64,000 nucleotides of DNA from Spirochaetia bacterium (GTDB taxonomy: Bacteria; Spirochaetota; Spirochaetia; SZUA-6; Bin103): the NCBI GenBank assembly GCA_965198005.1, contig CBDAOI010000004.1:1664001-1728000 (forward strand). The letters are read 5' to 3'. Positions 1 to 9,523 of the stretch are shown here, one piece after another. The position numbers were made by a program, and so were the translations under genes. Within the stretch, counting starts at the first letter, position 1. Each line of letters opens with the position of its first letter. The notes below the pieces were generated by a model. The model was not told the DNA's origin. It searched no databases and saw only the letters and a list, made by a program, of their open reading frames with translations.

Positions 1-1136
1 TTCGCGGTCTGCTGTTCGCTGTCCTCCACCAGATGCTGCAGTAGATACTCATTCAGGCTCTGCCGCACCTCGCGGTTGGGGTAGCCCAGCCGGTACAGCG
101 CCTTGCCGCCCAGCTCCTCTTCCCCGGTGATCGTGAGGTAACCGGTCTGGAACAGCAGCGCCTCGGTGCCGATGTGCTCTACGTCGAACTTCGACAGCAG
201 CGCCTCGGTGCTCACCGTCTGGTCCAGCGACACCGACGTGACCCGCCGCTGGAACAGCGTGTCCACCAGGAACGCCGGGGTCCCGGTCTCGAACCAGTGG
301 GCGGCAAACTTGCGACGGCGCAGCAGCAGCAGCACGTCGTACGGGTTGTACACCCTCTCCGTACCCAGCCAGCTATAGCCGTTGTACCACTCGCGCACCC
401 GCTCCCGGTCCAGGCCTTCCAACTCCGGCGCGAACACCGTCTCCAGGTCGCCCTCCGTGTAGCCGCAGATCGACGAGTAAGCCGGATCCAGGGTGATGTC
501 GGTGAGGTTGTTCAGGTCGGAAAACAAGCTCACCTTGGTGAACTTGCTCACCCCGGTCACGAACGTGAACCGCACGTGCGCGTCGCTCGCCTTGATCACC
601 CCGTACAGGCCGCGCAGGTAGTCGCGGTTGGCACGGGCGATCTCCGGCGTCTCCAGCGCGTCCAGGATCGGCTTGTCGTACTCGTCCACCAGCACCGCCA
701 CCCGCTGCCCGCTCCGCTCGTGCAGCGACCGGATCAGGTAGCCGAACCGTTCAGGCGGCGTGTCGTAGCGCGGACTCACCCCGGTGGCTACCTCCATGCC
801 GTCCAACTGCGCCGCCAGGTTGATCCGGAGATAGCCCGGGTCCTTGAAGCTCCCGCCGGCGAAGTCCAGCCGCACCACCGGGTGGCGCGCCGACCAGTTC
901 CAGTCCCCGCGGTCGTGGACGTGGAGCCCCGTGAACAGCTCCTCGTTGCCTTCGAACAGCTCCTTCAGGGTGTCCAGAAGCAGACTCTTGCCGAACCGCC
1001 GCGGGCGCGACAGGAAGTAATGCTTGCCCTCGTCCAGCAACCGCGCGATGTAGGGCGTCTTGTCCACGTAATAACAGTCCTGTTCGCGCAACTCGCGGAA
1101 GGTCTGCATGCCGATGGGCAGTCTGCGTCGGGCCAC
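1..1136 (-). CDS. AAA-ATPase-like (PF09820-type) protein, usually fused to a PD-(D/E)XK nuclease; 3' end runs off the window
   Basis: Manual translation from GTG at 1136: MARRRLPIGMQTFRELREQDCYYVDKT...FLSRPRRFGKSLL (Walker A)...VLVDEYDKP (Walker B)...FVTGVSKF...WYNGY...YNP. No stop before the window edge, so absent from the ORF track. Confidence 0.9.
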   Translation of the reverse strand, partial: MARRRLPIGMQTFRELREQDCYYVDKTPYIARLLDEGKHYFLSRPRRFGKSLLLDTLKELFEGNEELFTGLHVHDRGDWNWSARHPVVRLDFAGGSFKDPGYLRINLAAQLDGMEVATGVSPRYDTPPERFGYLIRSLHERSGQRVAVLVDEYDKPILDALETPEIARANRDYLRGLYGVIKASDAHVRFTFVTGVSKFTKVSLFSDLNNLTDITLDPAYSSICGYTEGDLETVFAPELEGLDRERVREWYNGYSWLGTERVYNPYDVLLLLRRRKFAAHWFETGTPAFLVDTLFQRRVTSVSLDQTVSTEALLSKFDVEHIGTEALLFQTGYLTITGEEELGGKALYRLGYPNREVRQSLNEYLLQHLVEDSEQQTA

Positions 1137-1239
1137 GCCTCATCTTACCCCGTCGCCCGACGGATTCAAACACGCGGCACCAGTATATACCCTGACCTTG
1201 ACTCGGCGTCCCCGGCTTGTGGACGCCTACGCGCCCGGT

Positions 1240-1680
1240 GCTGCCGCCGTTGCGTGCCGCGGTGCGTTCGGGGTAGCGCCGTCAGCCCTTCACGCCGCCC
1301 TGGGTAAGGCCCTGGGGTTGAGCGGCTTCGGAGCTCAAGCCCAACGGCTGACGGTTCTCTCGTCGAATCGCTCGGTGGCGCGGGGTGCGCCGATCGAGGC
1401 GGTGGGGCATACGGACCTCCTGGTACGCAATGCGCGCGGCGAGCGGCAGCGCATCGTGCAGGCCGACCAGATACTGTTCCTGCATCCGGCGCGAGGTGGG
1501 CACGGGCGCGCTGCCGGAGGTGGTGCTGGAGGTGGACAACACCACCGACGTACGCCGCGGCAAGCTCGGCTCTCCGAGTCGTGGGGTTTTCCGGAGGTGT
1601 GGGCGGAGGTGCCGGACGAGCCCGCGCCGAGCCGGCCAGCGGCGCTTGGTCCCGGCAGCGGCGGCGTGAGCGCGGGGCCC
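1240..1680 (+). pseudogene. Degraded fragment of a conserved hypothetical (Uma2-like) gene
   Basis: Frameshifted pieces QADQILFLHP, PEVVLEVDNTTDVRRGKLG, ESWGFPEVWAEVPDEPAPSRPA. A second homologous piece lies at 2491-2860. Confidence 0.4.
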
Positions 1681-1777
1681 TTGACGTGATACAGGGTTGA
1701 TAGGGGGCGCAGTTGTGCCTACAATAATGCTTCTGGCGCCGTGCTGGAGTTCATCGAAGCAAACGGAGAGTCCGTGT

Positions 1778-2490
<713 letters not shown>

Positions 2491-2491
<1 letters not shown>

Positions 2492-2860
2492 AGCTCGGAC
2501 TCTACGAGTCGTGGGGCTTTCGGGAGGTGTGGGTGGAGGTGCCGGACGAGCCTGCGCCGAGCCGGCCGGCTGTGCTTGGTCCCGGTCTGACGATCTACGT
2601 GTCGGGGCGGGCGGGGCTGCGTCCGGCGCCGGCGAGCTGAATCGGGTGGGGCGTTTGCTGGGTGCTGCGGAGGGCACGGGGCCGGATAGCGATCCGTTCT
2701 TGCGGAGCCAGCGCCGCGAGAGCCACGCCGCGGGATGGGTAGGGGGGCATGCCGAAGGCCGGGCGGAGGCCCAGCGTGCGAGTGCGCTACAGGTGCTCGA
2801 GACCCGTGGCGTTGCCGTATCGGCTTCCCTGGCGGCGCGGTTGGCAGAGATGGACACGCA
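2491..2860 (+). pseudogene. Second fragment of the Uma2-like hypothetical gene
   Basis: aagctcggactctacgagtcgtggggc...gtgccggacgagcctgcgccgagccggcc matches 1562-1650. Confidence 0.45.
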
Positions 2861-3029
2861 CCACACCTCTCACCTTGACCCTGCGTCGGAATGCGCCGGA
2901 AAAGGTGCTTGACGCCTTGCTGTCTCCCGAGACGGCGAGCCCGCCCTCAGCCGTCCGCCACGTCGAACGCCGTCACGTTGCGCGTCTCGCGGCTGAACAC
3001 TGGTACGGAATGCTCGCGAAGAAGGCGTG

Positions 3030-3134
3030 AAACAGCTCCTTCAGGCCCGCGCAGTCGTGCGCCTCCAGCTTGCGGAAGGTCTGCATGCCGATGGGCAGTC
3101 TGCGACGGGCCACACCTCATCTTACCCCGTCGCC
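3030..3134 (-). pseudogene. N-terminal shard (plus upstream bases) of an AAA-ATPase gene paralogous to 1-1136
   Basis: gcggaaggtctgcatgccgatgggcagtctgcg...ggccac.cctcatcttaccccgtcgcc nearly identical to 1095-1157. Confidence 0.8.
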
Positions 3135-3291
3135 GGTCGAGTGGCCGCCGCCGGCGCAGCCTGATCGCGGGTGCTACGCCGGGCGTAAGCTTGTCGACGG
3201 GGTGTCGGAGTGTCGGGGTGCTGATCGATCTGCCGGGTGACTTCAAGAAACTTCGGCAGTTGGGCCGTTTCGTGGTTTGACTCCCACGGGA

Positions 3292-3485
3292 GCCGAGGTT
3301 ATTATATGGTGGGATGCAGTCAATCGTGACTACATCTGGGTATAGCTGTGCCTCACCTGCGGAGGGCTTGAGTGACTTATAACACGTCAACGCTTATGAC
3401 ACTCTGTTCCCCTGACAGCCGCTCGCCGAGAATTGCTGAAAATCAGCTCGCGGCGGGCTTGCTTAATGGTGAGGAGTCCCCCCCC
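3292..3485 (+). repeat. ~190-bp conserved non-coding element, copy A (copy B inverted at 54127-54330)
   Basis: Near-identical reverse complement of 54127-54330. Contains hairpin gctcgccg...gctga-aaa-tcagc...cggcgggc and ends in a C8(AC)5 tract. Confidence 0.9.
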
Positions 3486-3853
3486 ACACACACACTTTTC
3501 GTACAACAGAGCAACCGAGAACAACTAACCGCTCCGGCTGATCGCTCCGTGCGCGTCCCCGCGCACGCCGTCGCCTTCACCACGACGCCTGCGCCCACGG
3601 CGGCAGCCAGCCGTGGCGCCGGCTCGTGCGATCGCCGACCGAGCCAGCGCAGCGACGTCGTCACCTTCACAGCCCGCCACCGCCCGGCGCCGGCCTTGCC
3701 GACCACTCGGACTCGCTGCCTCGCCGACCGACACAGGCGTGGGGTGCCACGCCTGTCCACGCATACAAGGAGGCACGGGATGACACCCAAGACGGGATAC
3801 GACTAACGCCCCAAGACCGCCGCGCGGGGCGGACACGGAACGACCGAGGGTGT

Positions 3854-3908
3854 CGCCCTTGCTTTCGAGAGTAGGCGAGGGGTCGGCAGTGGAATCGGTA
3901 CTCTCAGA
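3854..3908 (+). promoter_or_regulatory. Conserved leader hairpin just upstream of the SBP ribosome-binding site (candidate cis-regulatory RNA)
   Basis: Stem gagagta/tactctc enclosing ggcgaggggtcggcagtggaatcgg; homolog at 15627-15708 with a compensatory base pair. Confidence 0.55.
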
Positions 3909-3932
3909 ATCAACAATTCGAGGAGATTCTCA

Positions 3933-5717
3933 ATGAGTAATCTGTTCAAAACATGCGTCGCCGTAGTGTTCGGTCTCGTGCTGATCGCCATCGGCGTCGG
4001 GGCAAGCCCGGCCGGGGAAGAGGAGCCGGCCGCGGCGATGGAGAAGGAGATGGTGCTCGACCCCACCACCGGCAAGATGGTGTCGGCGCCGGAGTATGGC
4101 GGCACATTCACCTGGGGCGATGCCACCGGGGCTCCGCACTGTGACCCTCACATCCATGGCTGGGGGCCACGGGCCATCGACGGCGTTGCAGAGAGGCTAG
4201 GCATCAGGGACTGGGCAGCAGATAGGAACGAAATCAGCTTTTCAGACTCTTATACTCCTCTCCGTTTCGTGAGAGGGGCGCTGGCGGAAAGCTGGGAGAT
4301 GATCGACTCACTGACGTATGTCTACCACATCCGCAAGGGCGTTCGCTGGCACGACAAAGCGCCGATGAATGGTCGGGAGTTCACTGCCCAGGATGTCGTA
4401 TACAACTTTCACCGTTATACGGGTTCGGGCAGCGGCTTCACCGAACCTAGCGCCGCTGCTGGCACACTCGCTTCGATACCACTCGAATCGATAACCGCCA
4501 GCGACGATTCGACGGTTGTCTTCAAGCTGACGCAGCCAAAGGTAGACTTGCTGGATGTCCTTGCCATCGACTGGAGTGCCGCTATGTTACCCCCAGAGGT
4601 AATCGAGCAATACGGCGACCTGACGGACTGCGACAACATGGTCGGTACCGGGCCCTATATGCTGACAGAATGGGTCGATAACACGTCTATGACGTATTCC
4701 AAGAATCCTGACTACTGGGGCTTTGACGAAAAATATCCGGAGAACCGCTTGCCCTACATCGACCAGATAAACCGGCTAATCATGCCGGAAAAGGAAACAC
4801 AGCTGGCGGCGCTACGCTCGGGTAGGCTCGATTACATCGGTCAGTCCGGCGGGGGTCAGTTACAAGTGGCCCAGGTGGAGAACCTACAGCGGACCAACCC
4901 CGAAATCGTTTTATACCCGTGGGCCTTTCGGTCGGAGACCTCTGTTGCATTCAACCTGCGCCACCCGTCGCCCTTTCAAGACATCAGGGTTCGCAAGGCG
5001 ATGCAGATGGCCATTGATCTGGAGACCATCAACAATACTTACTTTCGTGGCTTTGCAATGACGAAACCCCAAGGAATCATAGGAGACGGTCTGAAGGGGT
5101 ACTACATCCCATTCGAAGAGTGGCCCGAAGAGACCAGGAAAGTCTTTGCGTATGACCCGGAAGGGGCCGAAGCGTTGCTTGATGAGGCTGGGTATCCGCG
5201 CGGTGCGGATGGCATTCGATTCAAGACCGTCCTGAACCCCGTGCCCTCGTGGGATGTGGGTTATCAAGAAATAGCCGCTGAATACTGGGCTGCGATTGGC
5301 GTTGACGTAGAGGTTAAGATAACTGAAGTCGCTCAACTGATGGCGCTGGTAACTGAAGGTACTTATGAAGGGATGGCCTATATGGATATCGGCAATGACG
5401 GCTCGATTCAATGGCTGATGAGTGTTCTTCAAATCGGAGCGCAATGGGGCCGCACAGGACATCAGGACCCGGTGATGGACGCCAAGGCAAAAGCCGCTAT
5501 GGCCGCTACCAGGCTCGAGGAGCAGCAGCGGCTGGTGGCGGAGGCAGATATGTACTCGATCCAGCAGCATTGGTTCATATGGGGTCCTAAAGTTCCCCAA
5601 TTTGAGGCGGTGCAGCCGTGGGTGATAGGTTTTAACGGTGAAATCTGGTATACTACACATGCGCCTTTCGAGCGCCTGTGGATCGATAGTGCGCTGAAGA
5701 GCGAAATGGGTTTCTGA
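3933..5717 (+). CDS. ABC transporter substrate-binding protein, family 5 (DppA/OppA-like)
   Basis: Signal peptide, PEYGGT, LAESWE, GTGPY, KNPDYW, DIRVRKAMQMAID, YDPEGAEALLDEAGY; RBS aggag. Confidence 0.95.
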   Translation: MSNLFKTCVAVVFGLVLIAIGVGASPAGEEEPAAAMEKEMVLDPTTGKMVSAPEYGGTFTWGDATGAPHCDPHIHGWGPRAIDGVAERLGIRDWAADRNEISFSDSYTPLRFVRGALAESWEMIDSLTYVYHIRKGVRWHDKAPMNGREFTAQDVVYNFHRYTGSGSGFTEPSAAAGTLASIPLESITASDDSTVVFKLTQPKVDLLDVLAIDWSAAMLPPEVIEQYGDLTDCDNMVGTGPYMLTEWVDNTSMTYSKNPDYWGFDEKYPENRLPYIDQINRLIMPEKETQLAALRSGRLDYIGQSGGGQLQVAQVENLQRTNPEIVLYPWAFRSETSVAFNLRHPSPFQDIRVRKAMQMAIDLETINNTYFRGFAMTKPQGIIGDGLKGYYIPFEEWPEETRKVFAYDPEGAEALLDEAGYPRGADGIRFKTVLNPVPSWDVGYQEIAAEYWAAIGVDVEVKITEVAQLMALVTEGTYEGMAYMDIGNDGSIQWLMSVLQIGAQWGRTGHQDPVMDAKAKAAMAATRLEEQQRLVAEADMYSIQQHWFIWGPKVPQFEAVQPWVIGFNGEIWYTTHAPFERLWIDSALKSEMGF

Positions 5718-5721
5718 GCAT

Positions 5722-5832
5722 GTCGCCGTAGGCGACTTGCAGTGGACCCGCCTTCAGGCGGGGCACGAGCGGCTCCGCCGTTGGCTGAATCAATCGCCCG
5801 TTGGGCGATTGAAACGGGAGTCGCTGCGCGAC
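5722..5832 (+). repeat. REP-like cluster of short hairpins after the SBP stop codon; second copy at 48549-48603
   Basis: gtcgcc-gta-ggcgac, aatcgccc-gtt-gggcgatt; tcgccgtaggcgacttgcagtggaccc(c)gcc is shared with the inverted copy. Confidence 0.6.
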
Positions 5833-5914
5833 TCCACGAGCACCGCGGGCGCCGGGAGGACGCTTCCGAGTGCGCTTCAGAGCGCGCTTCCCGGCGCTCA
5901 TTTACCACGAAGAT

Positions 5915-6868
5915 ATGAGAGCCTATGTCATCAGGCGCGTATTGCTGGTCATCCCCACTCTGTTCATATTGACCATAGTCGTCTTTCTCTCGGTCCACTT
6001 CCTCCCGGGCGATGTCATAGACGCCATGGTGGGTGACATGCAATACCAAATGGGCTTCGACCGTGCAGCTCTCGAGCGTATGCTGGGATTGGATGTGCCT
6101 GTCCCCGTGCAGTATGGACGCTGGATAGGAGGTATCTTCCTGCACGGCACACTTGGCGAATCGCTGTGGGGCGATAGCCCGGTAGAGGAGTTGCTACGAG
6201 ACGGGCTGCCGGTAACGCTGGGGCTTGGCTTCCTGGCTATCGTCATCGGGCTGGTGATCGCGCTGCCGGTCGGCATCTTCTCGGCGATCCGTCAGGGTAC
6301 CTTTACCGACTACGCGGGGCGCTCGGTCGCCATCATCGGCCTGGCAACGCCCAACTTCTGGATAGCAGTCATGGTCTTGCTGTATCCGGCCATCTGGTGG
6401 GGCTGGACGCCGCCCTTGCAGTGGGTTCCCTTCACCGAAGACCCGCTGGGGAATCTCGGGGTGCTGATCATTCCCAGTCTGATTCTGGGGACCTACCTGT
6501 CGGCCAGCACCATGCGGATGATCCGCACCACGATGCTGGAGGTGCTCCGGCAGGATTATGTGCGGACGGCCTGGTCGAAGGGGTTGCGGGAGCGGGCCGT
6601 GGTGATGCGACATGTCGTCAAGAATGCCCTCATCCCGGTGGTTTCGCTGGTCGGCCTGCAGTTGCCGATCCTGGTCGGCGGGTCGGTGATCATCGAGAAC
6701 ATATTCAACCTGCCGGGCGTAGGTCGGCTCATGGTAGATGCGCTGGGACGCAGAGACTACCCGGTGGTCTCCGGTGTGAACCTGATGTTCGCCACTGGGG
6801 TCATGGCGATCAATCTGGTTACCGACCTGATGTATCCCTATCTGGACCCCCGACTCCGTTATGAATGA
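5915..6868 (+). CDS. ABC transporter permease, DppB/OppB-like
   Basis: MRAYVIRRVLLVIPTL...LPGD...EVLRQDYVRTAWSKGL (EAA loop)...YLDPRLRY. Confidence 0.95.
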   Translation: MRAYVIRRVLLVIPTLFILTIVVFLSVHFLPGDVIDAMVGDMQYQMGFDRAALERMLGLDVPVPVQYGRWIGGIFLHGTLGESLWGDSPVEELLRDGLPVTLGLGFLAIVIGLVIALPVGIFSAIRQGTFTDYAGRSVAIIGLATPNFWIAVMVLLYPAIWWGWTPPLQWVPFTEDPLGNLGVLIIPSLILGTYLSASTMRMIRTTMLEVLRQDYVRTAWSKGLRERAVVMRHVVKNALIPVVSLVGLQLPILVGGSVIIENIFNLPGVGRLMVDALGRRDYPVVSGVNLMFATGVMAINLVTDLMYPYLDPRLRYE

Positions 6869-7733
6869 TAGGGGGCGCAGTTTCTTTGTCAGGCTGTGGC
6901 GGGAACGGCCGGTGGGTGCTGTCGGCGGCATCATCGTACTGATCTTGATTCTGGTCAGTATCTTGGCCGATTTCCTTGCGCCTTATCGCCCGCGGGAGGT
7001 GAACCTGCCAGACATCTTGCAAGGTCCGTCGGCCACTCATCTCCTGGGTGCCGACCACCTGGGGCGAGACGTCCTGAGCCGCCTCATTCACGGGGCGCGC
7101 ATCTCGATATTCGTCGGGTTTGCCGCGACCACCCTCAACGTTGTCGTGGCCGGGCTGATCGGCGGCACGTCGGGCTTCCTGGGCGGCAAGCTGGACCTGG
7201 TGGTGCAGCGCTTCGTCGATGCCTGGATGTCGTTCCCGGGACTACTGCTGCTGTTGACGGTCATGTCGATAACGGGGCGGGGGATTCTACAGCTCATCGT
7301 GGTGCTGGGCATCGTCGGCGGCATCCCCGCCTCACGCGTGGTGCGAGGGGCTGTGCTCGGGGTCAAGGAGAATACCTACTTTCAAGCCGCGGAGGTGATC
7401 GGCTGCTCGACAGGGAAGACGCTGGTTCGCCACGTGCTGCCCAACATCGCGGCTCCGATAATCGTCATCTTCAGCATCAACATCGGGGCGGTGATCATCA
7501 CCGAGGCGTCTCTGAGCTTCCTCGGTTTCGGTCTGCCGCTCCGGATTCCCAGTTGGGGCGGCATGCTCAGTCGGGAAGGGCGCCAGTACATGGAGATGGC
7601 GCCGCGGCTGGCTCTGTGGCCCGGCCTCTGCCTGACGATCGTCGTCTACAGTCTGAACATGTTCGGCGACGCGGTGCGCGACCTGCTCGACCCGCGGCTG
7701 CGCGGTGGTACCGGTCGTTACGGCGGCAGGTAA
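6861..7733 (+). CDS. ABC transporter permease, DppC/OppC-like
   Basis: HLLGADHLGRDVLSRLIHGAR...RHVLPN...EASLSFLGFG...GDAVRDLLDPRLR. Confidence 0.95.
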   Translation: MNDRGRSFFVRLWRERPVGAVGGIIVLILILVSILADFLAPYRPREVNLPDILQGPSATHLLGADHLGRDVLSRLIHGARISIFVGFAATTLNVVVAGLIGGTSGFLGGKLDLVVQRFVDAWMSFPGLLLLLTVMSITGRGILQLIVVLGIVGGIPASRVVRGAVLGVKENTYFQAAEVIGCSTGKTLVRHVLPNIAAPIIVIFSINIGAVIITEASLSFLGFGLPLRIPSWGGMLSREGRQYMEMAPRLALWPGLCLTIVVYSLNMFGDAVRDLLDPRLRGGTGRYGGR

Positions 7734-7789
7734 GGTGACAGGTAAGCTGACAGGTAAGCAGGAGGAGAGTTGCTCGATCGTGCGGAGGA

Positions 7790-8962
7790 CTAGTGCGCCT
7801 TGGGCGGGTGGCGGGCGAGGGCGGCCTCGTCCGGCTCGGTGCCCCAGCCCGGGGTGTCGGGCAGGTGCAGGTGGCCCTGGCGGATGTCCGGCGCCACGGT
7901 GAACAACTGGTCGTCCCACGGTCCCCGGTCGACGTCGGTCTCCATGATGCGCAGGTTGGGCACCGCCGCGCACAAGTGGGCGCTCATCATCGTCGCCAAG
8001 TGTCCGTAGTAGTTGTGCGGGGCGACGTTGATCTGGTGGGCGTCGGCGATCGCCGCGATCTTCATTGATTGCCAGACGCCGTTCCAGACCGCGTCGATGA
8101 TCGCCACGTCCATCGCCTGCAGCCGGAAGTAGGGGAGGAACGCGGTCGGGGTGATCAGCGACTCGCACGAGCTGATGGTATGCGGGCTGCCGCGCCGCAC
8201 GTCGGCCAGCGCTTCCGGGTGCGGGGTGTCGATCTCGAACCAGAAGACGTCCAGATCGGCCAGCGCCCGCAGGATCCGCAGGTACCCCTCCGGTTTCGCG
8301 TTGTAGTTGAGGTCCACCAGGATGTCCAGGTCGGGCCCGGCGCCGTCGCGAAACGCCTCCAGATGGGCGCGGAGCTGGCGGATGACGTGCCGCTCCACGT
8401 TCTGGTCGGGTTGAAACGGGTGGCCGAATCCCGGTGCCCAGCCGGTCACCGTCTCCCCGCGGTAGTCGAAGATGTTGGTCTTGAGCGCGGTGAAGCCCGA
8501 TTCCCGTACCTCGGCGCCGAGCGCCCGGATGCCGTCCAGGCCGGTCACCGTGGTGCGGTGCAGGCCGGGATGGGCGATGCGCCAAGTGCCGCAGTGCGAC
8601 CAGTACACGCGGATCCGGTCGCGTATCTTGCCGCCGAGCAGCTCGCAGCACGGCACGCCGAGCAGCTTGGCCTTGGCGTCGAGCAGGGCGTTCTCGAGCG
8701 CCCCGATTCCCATCGCCATCACGCCCGACATCGACTGGCGCGCCCGCGCCTGCAACTTGGCGAACACCCGTTCCGTGTCCTGCACGCGCTCGCCGGCCAC
8801 GAACGGGGTCAGCCGCTGCACCACGCTGGTGACGCCGGCGGCGCCCTGATGCTCGTCGTACTCGCTCCAGCCGACGAGGCCGTCCTCGGTGGTGAGCTTG
8901 ACGAAGTGATAGTTGCGCCAGCCGGCGTCGCAGTGGCGCGTCTCGATGCTGCGGACCTTCAT
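7790..8962 (-). CDS. Mandelate racemase/muconate lactonizing (enolase superfamily; galactonate dehydratase-like) protein
   Basis: MKVRSIET...VKLTTEDGLVGWSE...LLDAKAKLLGVP..ELLGG...GFTALKT...APHN...LPDTPGWG. Confidence 0.9.
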   Translation of the reverse strand: MKVRSIETRHCDAGWRNYHFVKLTTEDGLVGWSEYDEHQGAAGVTSVVQRLTPFVAGERVQDTERVFAKLQARARQSMSGVMAMGIGALENALLDAKAKLLGVPCCELLGGKIRDRIRVYWSHCGTWRIAHPGLHRTTVTGLDGIRALGAEVRESGFTALKTNIFDYRGETVTGWAPGFGHPFQPDQNVERHVIRQLRAHLEAFRDGAGPDLDILVDLNYNAKPEGYLRILRALADLDVFWFEIDTPHPEALADVRRGSPHTISSCESLITPTAFLPYFRLQAMDVAIIDAVWNGVWQSMKIAAIADAHQINVAPHNYYGHLATMMSAHLCAAVPNLRIMETDVDRGPWDDQLFTVAPDIRQGHLHLPDTPGWGTEPDEAALARHPPKAH

Positions 8963-9059
8963 GCCGCAGAACGCCGCTTCGCTGTGGTTTGCATGACCAG
9001 ACAGTACGTGGTCAGAATAGGGTGTGGCAAGCGCGCACCGACCGCCGCGACCGACGGGA

Positions 9060-9523
9060 GATGGAGCAGGTCCAGAACGTGCCACACGATTGCTGGACCG
9101 CCCGATCATCACGCCCGAGTTCGACCCGTCGATCGGGCGCAACATCCAGGGGCCGTCGATCATCCGGGGCCGCGTCTGTTCAACCCGAATATGCGCCACA
9201 GCGCGCTGCTGGTGCGCCACGAGACGCTGTACGTGTTCTGGACGCAGGTCGGGCACGCCCCGGAGCGGATCCTGCTGAGCACGATCGACCTTGCGGGCGA
9301 CTGGCGCGCGTGGCGGGAGTCGGCGCCGGTGGAGGTTCTGCGCCCCGAGCGAGTCTGGGAGGGCGCCGCGGCGCCGGTGCGGTCGTCGGTGCGCAGCACC
9401 GCGTATGGGATCGTCAACCAGCTTCGCGATCCGGCCATCCTGGAGGATGAAGGCCGCACCTACCTGCTGTACGCCGTCGCCGGCGAGAGCGGCATCGCGC
9501 TGGCGGAGCTGCGGTTTGAGTGA
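9060..9523 (+). pseudogene. Internally deleted beta-propeller/glycoside-hydrolase-like hypothetical gene
   Basis: N-terminal piece LLDRPIITPEFDPSIGRNIQGPSII joins out of frame to C-terminal piece NMRHSALL...NQLRDPAILEDEGRTYLLYAVAGESGIA. Confidence 0.55.

Noticed and set aside
174-1307. 377-aa + strand ORF
   Set aside because: Antisense shadow of the AAA-ATPase gene on the - strand; no recognisable motifs.
3854-3908. Leader hairpin as a glycine, SAM or lysine riboswitch
   Set aside because: Too short and lacks the diagnostic conserved cores; kept only as an unclassified candidate.
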